From assembly GCA_964016885.1 (NCBI GenBank), contig OZ024746.1:94240001-94304000 (forward strand): a stretch of 64,000 nucleotides of DNA, written 5' to 3'. The notes below the pieces were generated by a model. The model worked only from the letters and a program-made list of their open reading frames with translations. It searched no databases and had not been told where the DNA came from. This DNA is from Eledone cirrhosa. Its lineage: Eukaryota. The position numbers were made by a program, and so were the translations under genes. Below are positions 24,401-39,400 of this stretch, in pieces (the stretch's first letter is position 1; each line of letters begins with the position of its first letter).

Positions 24401-27400
24401 CCTACTACAACACTAACCTACTATTAATAATCTCTTACTTCCTACTACAGCACTAACCTACTATTAGTAATCTCTTACATCCTACTACAACACTAACCTA
24501 CTATTAGTAATCTATTACTTCTACTACAACATTAACCTACTATTAGTAATCTCTTACTTCCTACTACAGCACTAACGTACTATTAGTAATCTCTTACTTC
24601 CTACTACAGCACTAACGGGCTATTAGTAATCTCTTACTTCCTACTACAGCACTAACGTACTATTAGTAATCTCTTACTTCCTACTAGAACACTAACCTAC
24701 TATTAATAATCTCTTAATTCCTACTAGAACACTAACCTACTAATAATAATCTCTTACTTCCTACTACAACACTAACCTACTATTAATAATCTCTTACTTC
24801 CTACTACAGCACTAACGTACTATTAGTAATCTCTTACTTCCTACTACAACACTAACCTACTATTAATAATCTCTCACTTCCTACTACAGCACTAACGTAC
24901 TATTAGTAATCTCTTACATCCTACTACAACACTAACCTACTATTAGTAATGTCTTACTTCCTACTACAACACTAACCTACTATTAGTAATGTCTTATTAC
25001 CTACTACAACACTAACCTACTATTAGTAATCTCTTACTTCCTACTACAACACTAACCTACAATTAGTAATCTCTTACTTCCTACTACAACACTAACCTAC
25101 TATTAGTAATGTCTTACTTCCTACTACAACACTAACCTACTATTAGTAATCTCTTACTTCCTACTACAACACTAACCTACTATTAGAAATCTCTCACTTC
25201 CTAATACAACACTAACCTACTATTAGTAATCTCTTTCTTCCTACTACAACACTAACCTACTATTAGTAATCTCTTACTTCCTACTACGACACTAACCTAC
25301 TATTAGTAATGTCTTACTTCCTACTACAACACTAACCTTCTATTAGTTATCTCTTACTTCCTACTACAACACTAACCTACTATTAGTAATTTCTTACTGC
25401 CTACTACAACAGTAACCTACTATTAGAAATGTCTTACTTCCTACTACAGCCCTAACCTACTATTAGTAATGTCTTACTTCCTACTACAACACTAACATAC
25501 TACTAGTGATCTCTTACTTCCTACTACAGCACTAACCTACTATTAGTAATCTCTTACTTCCTACTACAACATTAACCTACTATTAGTAATCTCTTACTTC
25601 CTACTACAGCACTAACGTACTATTAGTAATCTCTTACTTCCTACTACAGCACTAACGTTCTTTTAGTAATCTCTTACTTCCTACTAGAACACTAACCTAC
25701 TATTAATAATCTCTTACTTCCTACTACAACACTAACGTACTATTAGTAACCTCTTGCTTCCTACTAGAACACTAACCTACTATTCATAATCTCTTACTTC
25801 TTACTACAGCACTAACGTGCTATTAGTAATCTCTAACTTCCTACTTCAACACTAACCTACTATTAGTAATCTCTTACTTCCTACTACAACACTAACCTAC
25901 TATTAGTAATCTCTCACTTCCTACTACAGCACTAACGTACTATTAGTAATCTCTTACATCCTACTACAACACTAACCTACTATTAGTAATCTCTTACTTC
26001 CTACTACAACACTAACCTACTATTAGTAATCTCTCACTTCCTACTACAGCACTAACGTACTATTAGTAATCTCTTACTTCCTACTAAAACACTAACATAT
26101 TATTAGTAATCTCTTACTTCCTACTACAACACTAACCTACTATTAGTAATGTCTCACTTCCTACTACAACACTAACGTACTATTAGTAATGTCTTACTTC
26201 CTACTACAACACTAACCTACTAATAGTAATCTCTTACTTCCTACTACAGCACTAACCTACTATTAGTAATCTCTTACTTCCTACTATTAGTAATGTCATA
26301 CTTCCTACTACAACACTAACCTACTATTAGTAATCTCTTACTTCCTACTACAACACTAATCTACTATTAGTAATCTCTTACTTCCTACTACAAGACTTAC
26401 CTACTATTATTAATGTCTTACTTCCTACTACAACACTAACCTATTATAAGTAATCTCTCACTCCCTACTACAGCACTAACATTCTATTAGTAATCTCTTA
26501 CTTCCTACTACAACACTAACCAACTATTAGTAATGTCTTACTTCCTACAATCACAGTAACTTACTATTAGTAATCTCTTACTTCCTACTACAGCACTAAC
26601 CTACTATTAGTAATCTCTTACTTCCTACTACAACACTAACCTACTATTAGTAATGTCTTACTTCCTACTACAACACTAACCTACTATTAGTAATCTCTTA
26701 CTTCCTATTACAACACTAACCTACTACTAGTAATGTCTTGCTTCCTACTACAACACTAACTTACTAATTGTAATGTTCTACTTCCTACTACAGCACTAAC
26801 CTACTATTAGTAATGTCTTACTTCCTACTACAAAACTAACCTACTATTAGTAATGTCTTACTTCCTACTACAGCACTAACCTACTATTAGTAATGTCTTA
26901 CTTCCTACTACAAGACTAACCTACTATTCGTAATGTTTTTCTTCCTACTACAACACTAACCTACTATTAGTAATGTCTCACTTCCTACTACAACACTAAC
27001 CTACTATTAGTAATCTCTTATTTCCTACTACAGCACCAACCTACAATTAGTAATGTCTTACTTCCTACTACAGCACTAACCTACTATTAGTAATGTCTTA
27101 CTTCCTACTACAACACTAACCTACTATTAGTAATCTCTTACTTCCTACTACAAAATTAACCTACTATTAGTTATCTCTTACTTCCTACTACAGCACTAAC
27201 GTACTATTAGTAATCTCTTACTTCCTACTAGAACACTAACCTACTATTAATAATCTCTTACTTCCTACTAGAACACTAACCTACTATTAATAATCTCTGA
27301 CTTCCGACTACAGCACTAACGTGCTATTAGTAATCTCTTACTTCCTACTACAACACTAACGTACTATTAGTAATCTCTTACTTCCTACGACAACACTAAC

Positions 27401-30400
27401 CTACTATTAGTAATCTCTTACTTCCTACTACAGCACTAACGTACTATTAGTAATCTCTTACTTCCTACTAAAACACTAACCTACTATTAGTAATCTGTTA
27501 CTTCCTACTACAACACTAACCTACTATTAGTAATGTCTCACTTCCTACTACAAGACTTACCTACTATTCGTAATATCTTTCTTCCTACTACGACACTAAG
27601 CTACTATTAGTAATGTCTTACTTCCTACTACAACACTAATCTTCTATTAGTTATCTCTTACTTCCTACTACAACACTAACCTACTATTAGTAATTTCTTA
27701 CTGCCTACTACAACAGTAACCTACTATTAGAAATGTTTTACTTCCTACTACAGCCCTAACCTACTATTAGTAATGTCTTACTTCCTACTACAACACTAAC
27801 ATACTACTAGTGATCTCTTACTTCCTACTACAGCACTAACCTACTATTAGTAATCTCTTGCTTCCTACTACAACACTAACCGACTATTAGTAATCTCTTA
27901 CTTCCTACTACAACATTAACCTACTATTAGTAATCTCTTACTTCCAACTACAGCACTAACGTACTATTAGTAATCTCTTACTTCCTACTACAGCACTAAC
28001 GTACTTTTTGTAATCTCTTACTTCCTACTAGAACACTAACCTACTATTCATAATCTCTTACTTCCTACTACAACACTAACGTACTATTAGTAACCTCTTA
28101 CTTCCTACTAGAACACTAACCTACTATTAATAATCTCTTACTTCCTACTACAGCACTAACGTGCTATTAGTAATCTCTTACTTCCTACTACAACACTAAC
28201 GTACTAATAGTAATCTCTTACTTCCTACTTCAACACTAACCTACTATTAGTAATCTCTCACTTCCTACTACAGCACTAACGTACTATTAGTAATCTCTTA
28301 CTTCCTACTACAACACTAACCTACTATTAGTAAGCTCTTACTTCCTACTACAACACTAACCTACTATTAGTAATCTCTCACTTCCTACTACAGCACTAAC
28401 GTACTATTAGTAATCTCTTACTTCCTACTAAAACACTAACCTATTATTAGTAATCTCTTACTTCCTACTACAACACTAACCTATATTAGTAATCTCTTAC
28501 TTCCTACTATTAGTAATGTCATACTTCCTACTACAACACTAACCTACTATTAGTAATCTCTTACTTCCTACTACAGCACTAGCCTACTATTAGTAATCTC
28601 TTACTTCCTACTACAACACTAACCTACTATTAGTAATCTCTTACTTCCTACTACAACACTAACCTACTATTAATAATCTCTCACTTCCTACTACAGCACT
28701 ATCGTACTATTAGTAATCTCTTACATCCTACTACAACACTAACCTACTATTAGTAATGTCTTACTTCCTACTACAACACTAACCTACTATTAGTAATGTC
28801 TTACTTCCTACTACAACACTAACCTACTATTAGTAATCTCTTACTTCCTACTACAACACTAACCTACTATTAGTAATCTCTTACTTCCTACTACAACACT
28901 AACCTACTTTTAGTAATGTCTTACTTCCTACTACAACACTAACCTACTATTAGTAATCTCTTACTTCCTACTACAACACTAACCTACTATTAGAAATCTC
29001 TCACTTCCTAATACAACACTAACCTACTATTAGTAATCTCTTACTTCCTACTACAACACTAACCTACTATTAGTAATCTCTTTCTTCCTACTACAACACT
29101 AACCTACTATTAGTAATCTCTTAATTCCTACTACGACACTAACCTACTATTAGTAATGTCTTACTGCCTACTACAACACTAACCTTCTATTAGTTATCTC
29201 TTACTTCCTACTAAAACACTAACCTACTATTAGTAATTTCTTACTGCCTACTACAACAGTAACCTACTATTAGAAATGTCTTACTTCCTACTACAGCCCT
29301 AACCTACTATTAGTAATGTCTTACTTCCTACTACAACACTAACATACTACTAGTAATCTCTTGCTTCCTACTACAACACTAACCTACTATTAGTAATCTC
29401 TTACTTCCTACTACAACACTAACCTAATATTAATAATCTCTTACTTCCTACTACAACACTAACGTACTATTAGTAACCTCTTACTTCCTACTAGAACACT
29501 AAACTACTATTCATAATCTCTTACTTCATACTACAGCACTAACGTACTAATAGTAATCTCTTACTTCCTACTTCAACACTAACCTACTATTAGTAATCTC
29601 TCACTTCCTACTACAGCACTAACGTACTATTAGTAATCTCTTACTTCCTACTACAACACTAACCTACTATTAGTAATCTCTTACTTCCTACTACAACACT
29701 AACCTACTATTAGTCATCTCTTACTTCCTACTATTTGTAATGTCATACTTCCTACTACAACACTAACCTACTATTAGTAATCTCTTACTTCCTACTACAA
29801 CACTAACCTACTATTAGTAATCTCTTACTTCCTACTACAACACTAACCTACTATTAGTAATCTCTCACTTCCTACTACAGCACTAACGTACTATTAGTAA
29901 TCTCTTACTTCCTACTAAAACACTAACCTATTATTAGTAATCTCTTACTTCCTACTACAACACTAACCTACTATTAGTAATGTCTCACTTCCTACTACAA
30001 CACTAACGTACTATTTGTAATGTCTTACTTCCTATTACAACACTAACCTACTAATAGTAATCTCTTACTTCCTACTACAGCACTAACCTACTATTAGTCA
30101 TCTCTTACTTCCTACTATTAGTAATCTCTTACTTCCTACTACAACACTAACCTACTATTAGTAATCTCTTACATCCTACTACAACCCTAACCTACGATTA
30201 GTAATGTCTTACTTCCTACTACAGCACTAACCTACTATTAGTCATCTCTTACTTCCTACTATTTGTAATGTCATACTTCCTACTACAGCACTAGCCTACT
30301 ATTAGTAATCTCTTACTTCCTACTACAACACTAATCTACTATTAGTAATCTCTTACTTCCTACTACAAGACTTACCTACTATTATTAATCTCTTACTTCC

Positions 30401-33400
30401 TACTACAACCCTAACCTACGATTAGTAATGTCTTACTTCCTACTACAGCACTAACCTACTATTATTAATGTCTTACTTCCTACTACAACACTAACCTACT
30501 ATTAGTAATCTCTTACTTCCTACTACAACACTAACCTACTATTAATAATCTCTCACTTCCTACTACAGCACTGTCGTACTATTAGTAATCTCTTACATCC
30601 TACTACAACACTAACCTACTATTAGCAATGTCTTACTTCCTACTACAACACTAACCTACTATTAGTAATGTCTTACTTCCTACTACAACACTAACCTACT
30701 ATTAGTAATCTCTTACTTCCTACTACAACACTAACCTACTATTAGTAATCTCTTACTTCCTACTACAACACTAACCTACTATTAGTAATCTCTTACTTCC
30801 TACTACAACACTAACCTACTATTAGAAATCTCTCACTTCCTAATACAACACTAACCTACTATTAGTAATCTCTTACTTCCTACTACAACACCAACCTACT
30901 ATTTGTAATCTCTTTCTTCCTACTACAACACTAACCTACTATTAGTAATCTCTTACTTCCTACTACGACACTAACCTACTATTAGTAATGTCTTACTTCC
31001 TACTACAACACTAACCTTCTATTAGTTATCTCTTACTTCCTACTACAACACTAACCTACTATTAGTAATTTCTTACTGCCTACTACAACAGTAACCTACT
31101 ATTAGAAATGTCTTACTTCCTACTACAGCCCTAACCTACTATTAGTAATGTCTTACTTCCTACTACAACACTAACATACTACTAGTAATCTCTTACTTCC
31201 TGCTACAGCACTAACCTACTATTAGTAATCTCTTGCTTCCTACTACAACACTAACCTACTATTAGTAATCTCTTACTTCCTACTACAACATTAACCTACT
31301 ATTAGTAATCTCTTACTTCCTACTACAGCACTAACGTACTATTAGTAATCTCTTACTTCCTACTACAGCACTAACGTACTTTTAGTAATCTCTTACTTCC
31401 TACTAGAACACTAACCTACTATTAATAATCTCTTACTTCCTACTACAACACTAACGTACTATTAGTAACCTCTTACTTCCTACTAGAACACTAACCTACT
31501 ATTCATAATCTCTTACTTCCTACTACAGCACTAACGTGCTATTAGTAATCTCTTACTTCCTACTACAGCACTAACGTACTAATAGTAATCTCTTACTTCC
31601 TACTTCAACACTAACCTACTATTAGTAATCTCTCACTTCCTACTACAGCACTAACGTACTATTAGTAATCTCTTACTTCCTACTACAACACTAACCTACT
31701 ATTAGTAATCTCTTACTTCCTACTACAACACTAACCTACTATTAGTAATCTCTCACTTCCTACTACAGCACTAACGTACTATTAGTAATCTCTTACTTCC
31801 TACTAAAACACTAACCTATTATTAGTAATCTCTTACTTCCTACTACAACACTAACCTACTATTAGTAATGTCTCACTTCCGACTACAACACTAACGTACT
31901 ATTAGTAATGTCTTACTTCCTACTACAACACTAACCTACTAATAGTAATCTCTTACTTCCTAATAGAGTACTAACCTACTATTAGTAATCTCTTACTTCC
32001 TACTATTAGTAATGTCATACTTCCTACTACAACACTAACCTACTATTAGTAATCTCTTACGTCCTACTACAGCACTAGCCTACTATTAGTAATCTCTTAC
32101 TTCCTACTACAACACTAACCTACTATTAGTAATGTCTTACTTCCTACTACAACACTAACGTACTATTAGTAATCCCTTACTTCCTACTACAGCACTAACC
32201 TACTGTTAGTAATCTCTTACTTCCTACTACAGCACTAACCTACTATTAGTAATCTCTTACTTCCTACTACAACACTAACCTACTATTAGTAATCTCTTAC
32301 TTCCTACTACAGCACTAACCTACTATTAGTAATGTCTTACTTCCTACTACAACACTAACCTACTATTATTAATCTCTTACTTCCTACTACAACCCTAACC
32401 TACGATTAGTAATGTCTTACTTCCTACTACAGCACTAACCTACTATTATTAATGTCTTACTTCCTACTACAACACTAACCTATTATAAGTAATCTCTCAC
32501 TCCCTACTACAGCACTAACATTCTATTAGTAATCTCTTACTTCCTACTACAACATTAACCTACTATTAGTAATGTCTTACTTCCTACAATCACAGTAACT
32601 TACTATTAGTAATCTCTTACTTCCTACTACAGCACTAACCTACTATTAGTAATCTCTTACTTCCTACTACAACACTAACCTACTATTAGTAATGTCTTAC
32701 TTCCTACTACAACACTAACCTACTATTAGTAATCTCTTACTTCCTACTACATCACTAACCTACTATTAGTAATGTCTTACTTCCTACTACAAAACTAACC
32801 TACTATTAGTAATCTCTTACTGCCTACTACAGCACTAACCTACTATTAGTAATGTCTTACTTCCTACTACAGCACTAACCTACTATTAGTAATGTCTTAC
32901 TTCCTACTACAAGACTAACCTACTATTCGTAATGTTTTTCTTCCTACTACAACACTAACCTACTATTAGTAATGTCTCACTTCCTACTACAACACTAACC
33001 TACTATTAGTAATCACTTACTTCCTACTACAGCACTAACCTACTATTAGTAATGTCTTACTTCCTACTACAACACTAACCTACTATTAGTAATCTCTTAC
33101 TTCCTACTACAGCACTAACCTACAATTAGTAATGTCTTACTTCCTACTACAGCACTAACCTACTATTAGTAATGTCTTACTTCCTACTACAACACTAACC
33201 TACTATTAGTAATCTCTTACTTCCTACTACAACATTAACCTACTATTAGTAATCTCTTACTTCCTACTACAGCACTAACGTACTATTAGTAATCTCTTAC
33301 TTCCTACTAGAACACTAACCTACTATTAATAATCTCTTACTTCCTACTAGAACACTAACCTACTATTAATAATCTCTTACTTCCTACTACAGCACTAACG

Positions 33401-36400
33401 TGCTATTAGTAATCTCTTACTTCCTACTACAACACTAACCTACGATTAGTAATCTCTTACTTCCTACTACAACACTAACCTACTATTAGTAATCTCTTAC
33501 TTCCTACTACAGCACTAACGTACTATTAGTAATCTCTTACTTCCTACTAAAACACTAACCTACTATTAGTAATCTGTTACTTCCTACTACAACACTAACC
33601 TACTATTAGTAATGTCTCACTTCCTACTACAAGACTTACCTACTATTCGTAATATCTTTCTTCCTACTACGACACTAAGCTACTATTAGTAATGTCTTAC
33701 TTCCTACTACAACACTAACCTTCTATTAGTTATCTCTTACTTCCTACTACAACACTAACCTACTATTAGTAATTTCTTACTGCCTACTACAACAGTAACC
33801 TACTATTAGAAATGTCTTACTTCCTACTACAGCCCTAACCTACTATTAGTAATGTCTTACTTCCTACTACAACACTAACATACTACTAGTGATCTCTTAC
33901 TTCCTACTACGGCACTAACATACTACTAGTGATCTCTTACTTCCTACTACAACAGTAACCTACTATTAGTAATCTCTTACTTCCTACTACAGCACTAACC
34001 TACTATTAGTAATGTCTCACTTCCTACTACAACACTAACCTACTATTAGTAATCTCTTGCTTCCTACTACAACACTAACCTACTATTAGTAATCTCTTAC
34101 TTCCTACTACAACATTAACCTACTATTAGTAATCTCTTACTTCCTACTACAGCACTAACGTACTATTAGTAATCTCTTACTTCCTACTACAGCACTAACT
34201 TACTTTTTGTAATCTCTTACTTCCTACTAGAACACTAACCTACTATTCATAATCTCTTACTTCCTACTACAACACTAACGTACTATTAGTAACCTCTTAC
34301 TTCCTACTAGAACACTAACCTACTATTAATAATCTCTTACTTCCCACTACAGCACTAACGTGCTATTAGTAATCTCTTACTTCCTACTACAGCACTAACG
34401 TACTAATAGTAATCTCTTACTTCCTACTTCAACACTAACCTACTATTAGTAATCTCTCACTTCCTACTACAGCACTAACGTACTAATAGTAATCTCTTAC
34501 TTCCTACTACAACACTAACCTACTATTAGTAAGCTCTTACTTCCTACTACAACACTAACCTACTATTAGTAATCTCTCACTTCCTACTACAGCACTAACG
34601 TACTATTAGTAATCTCTTACTTCCTACTAAAACACTAACCTACTATTAGTAATCTCTTACTTCCTACTACAGCACTAGCCTACTATTAGTAATCTCTTAC
34701 TTCCTACTACAACACTAATCTACTATTAGTAATCTCTTACTTCCTACTACAACACTAACCTACTATTAGTAATGTCTTACGTCCTACTAAAACACTAACC
34801 TACTATTAGTAATGTGTTACTTCCTACTACAAGACTTACCTACTATTATTAATCTCTTACTTCCTACTACAACCCTAACCTACGATTAGTAATGTCTTAC
34901 TTCCTACTACAGCACTAACCTACTATTATTAATGTCTTACTTCCTACTACAACACTAACCTATTATAAGTAATCTCTCACTCCCTACTACAGCACTAACA
35001 TTCTATTAGTAATCTCTTACTTCCTACTACAACACTAACCTACTATTAGTAATGTCTTACTTCCTACAATCACAGTAACTTACTATTAGTAATCTCTTAC
35101 TTCCTACTACAGCACTAACCTACTATTAGTAATCTCTTACTTCCTACTACAACACTAACCTACTATTAGTAATGTCTTACTTCCTACTACAACACTAACG
35201 TACTATTAGTAATCTCTTACTTCCTACTACAACACTAACCTACTATTAGTAATCTCTTACTTACTACTACGGCACTAATCTACTATTAGTAATGACTTAT
35301 TCCTACTACAACACTAATCTACTATTAGTAATGTCTTACTTCCTACTACAACACTAACCTACTATTAATAATCTCTTACATCCGACTACAACACTAACCT
35401 ACTATTAATAATCTCTTACTTCCTACTACAGCACTAACGTACTATTAGTAATCTCTTACTTCCTACTACAACACTAACCTACTATTAGTAATCTCTTACT
35501 TCCAACTACAACACTAACGTACTATTAGTAATATCTTACATCCTACTACAACACTAACCTACTAGTAGTAATCTCTTACTTCCTACTATTAGTAATGTCA
35601 TACTTCCTACTACAACACTAACCTACTATTAGTAATCTCTTACTTCCTACTACAGCACTAACGTACTATTAGTAATCTCTTACTTCCTACTACAACACTA
35701 ACCTACTATTACTAATCTCTTACTTCCTACTACAACACTAATCTACTATTAGTAATTTCTTACTTCCTACTAAAACACTAACCTACTATTAGTAATGTCT
35801 TACTTCCTACTACAGCACTAACCTACTATTATTAATGTCTTACTTCCTACTACAGCACTAACCTACTATTAGTAATCTCTTACTTCCTACTACAACACTA
35901 ACCTACTATTAGTAATCTCTTACTTCCTACTACAACACTAACCTACTATTAGTAATCACTTACTTCCTACTACAGCACTAACCTACTATTAGTAATCTCT
36001 TACTTCCTACTACAGCACTAACGTACTATTAGTAATCTCTTACTTCCTACTAAAACACTAACCTACTATTAGTAATCTCTTACTTCCTACTACAACACTA
36101 ACCTACTATTAGTAATGTCTCACTTCCTACTACAAGACTAACCTACTATTCATAATATCTTTCTTCCTACTACGACACTAACCTACTATTAGTAATGTCT
36201 TACTTCCTACTACAACACTAACCTTCTATTAGTAATCTCTTACTTCCTACTACAGCACTAACCTACTATTAGTAATTTCTTACTGCCTACTACAACAGTA
36301 ACCTACTATTAGAAATGTCTTACTTCCTACTACAGCCCTAACCTACTATTAGTAATGTCTTACTTCCTACTACAACACTAACATACTACTAGTGATCTCT

Positions 36401-39400
36401 TACTTCCTACTACAGCACTAACCTACTATTAGTAATCTCTTGCTTCCTACTACAACACTAACCTACTATTAGTAATCTCTTACTTCCTACTACAACATTA
36501 ACCTACTATTAGTAATCTCTTACTTCCTACTACAGCACTAACGTACTATTAGTAATCTCTTACTTCCTACTACAGCACTAACGTACTTTTAGTAATCTCT
36601 TACTTCCTACTAGAACACTAACCTACTATTCATAATCTCTTACTTCCTACTACAACACTAACGTACTATTAGTAACCTCTTACTTCCTACTAGAACACTA
36701 ACCTACTATTAATAATCTCTTACTTCCTACTACAGCACTAACGTGCTATTAGTAATCTCTTACTTCCTACTACAGCACTAACGTACTAATAGTAATCTCT
36801 TACTTCCTAATTCAACACTAACCTACTATTAGTAATCTCTCACTTCCTACTACAGCACTAACGTACTATTAGTAATCTCTTACTTCCTACTACAACACTA
36901 ACCTACTATTAGTAATCTCTTACTTCCTACTACAACACTAACCTACTATTAGTAATCTCTCACTTCCTACTACAGCACTAACGTACTATTAGTAATCTCT
37001 TACTTCCTACTAAAACACTAACCTATTATTAGTAATCTCTTACTTCCTACTACAACACTAATTTACTATTAGTAATCTCTTACTTCCTACTACAACACTA
37101 ACCTACTATTAGTAATCTCTTACTTCCTACTATTAGTAATGTCATACTTCCTACTACAACACTAACCCACTATTAGTAATCTCTTACTTCCTACTACAGC
37201 ACTAGCCTACTATTAGTAATCTCTTACTTCCTACTACAACACTAATCTACTATTAGTAATCTCTCACTTCCTACTACAACACTAACCTACTATTAGTAAT
37301 GTCTTACGTCCTACTACAACACTAACCTACAATTAGTAATGGGTTACTTCCTACTACAAGACTTACCTACTATTATTAATCTCTTACTTCCTACTACAAC
37401 CCTAACCTACGATTAGTAATGTCTTACTTCCTACTACAGCACTAACCTACTATTATTAATGTCTTACTTCCTACTACAACACTAACCTATTATAAGTAAT
37501 CTCTCACTCCCTACTACAGCACTAACATTCTATTAGTAATCTCTTACTTCCTACTACAACACTAACCTACTATTAGTAATATCTTACTTCCTACAATCAC
37601 AGTAACTTACTATTAGTAATCTCTTACTTCCTACTACAGCACTAACCTACAATTAGTAATCTCTTACTTCCTACTACAACACTAACCTACTATTAGTAAT
37701 GTCTTACTTCCTACTACAACACTAACTTACTGTTAGTAATCTCTTACTTCCTACTACAACACTAACCTACTATTAGTAATCTCTTACTTCCTACTACAGC
37801 ACTAATCTACTATTAGAAATGACTTACTTCCTACTACAACACTAATCTACTATTAGTAATGTCTTACTTCCTACTACAACACTAACCTACTATTAATAAT
37901 CTCTTACTTCCTACTACAGCACTAACGTACTATTAGTAATCTCTTTCTTCCTACTACAACACTAACCTACTATTAGTAATCTCTTACCTCCAACTACAAC
38001 ACTAACGTACTATTAGTAATCTCTTACTTCCTACTACAACACTAACCTACTATTAGTAATCTCTTACTTCCTACTATTAGTAATGTCATACTTCCTACTA
38101 CAACACTAACCTACTATCAGTAATCTCTTACTTCCTTCTACAGCACTAGCCTACTATTAGTAATGTCATACTTCCTACTACAACACTAACCTACTATTAG
38201 TAATCTCTTACTTCCTACTACAGCACTAGCCTACTATTAGTAATCTCTTACTTCCTACTACAGCACGAACCTACTATTAGTAATCTCTTACTTCCTACTA
38301 CAACACTAACCTACTATTAGTAATCTCTTACTTCCTACTACAACACTAACCTACTATTAGCAATCACTTACTTCCTACTACAGCACTAACATACTATTAG
38401 TAATCTCTTACTTCCTACTACAGCACTAACCTACAATTAGTAATCTCTTACTTCCTACTATTAGTAATGTCATACTTCCTACTACAGCACAAACGTACTA
38501 TTAGTAATCTCTTACTTCCTACTACAACACTAACCTACTATTAGTAATCTCTTACTTCCAACTACAACACTAACGTACTATTAGTAATCTCTTACTTCCT
38601 ACTACAACACTAACCTACTATTAGTAATCTCTTACTTCCTACTATTAGTAATGTCATACTTCCTACTACAACACTAACCTACTATTAGTAATCTCTTACT
38701 TCCTACTACAGCACTAGCCTACTATTAGTAATCTCTTACTTCCTACTACAACACTAATCTACTATTAGTAATCTCTTACTTCCTACTACAACACTAACCT
38801 ACTATTAGTAATGTCTTACTTCCTACTACAACACTAACCTACAATTAGTAATGTGTTACTTCCTACTACAAGACTTACCTACTATTATTAATCTCTTACT
38901 TCCTACTACAATACTAACCTACGATTAGTAATGTCTTACTTCCTACTACAGCATTAACCTACTATTATTAATGTATTACTTCCTACTACAACACTAACCT
39001 ATTATAAGTAATCTCTCACTCCCTACTACAGCACTAACATTCTATTAGTAATCTCTTACTTCCTACTACAACACTAACCTACTATTAGTAATCTCTTACT
39101 TCCTACAATCACTGTAACTTACTATTAGTAATCTCTTACTTCCTACTACAGCACTAACCTACTATTAGTAATCTCTTACTTCCTACTACAACACTAACCT
39201 ACTATTAGTAATGTCTTACTTCCTACTACAACAGTAACCTACTATTAGTAATCTCTTACTTCCTACTACAACACTAACCTACTATTAGTAATCTCTTACT
39301 TCCTACTACAACACTAACCTACTACTAGTAATGTCTTGCTTCCTACTACAACACTAACTTACTAATTGTAATGTTCTACTTCCTACTACAGCACTAACCT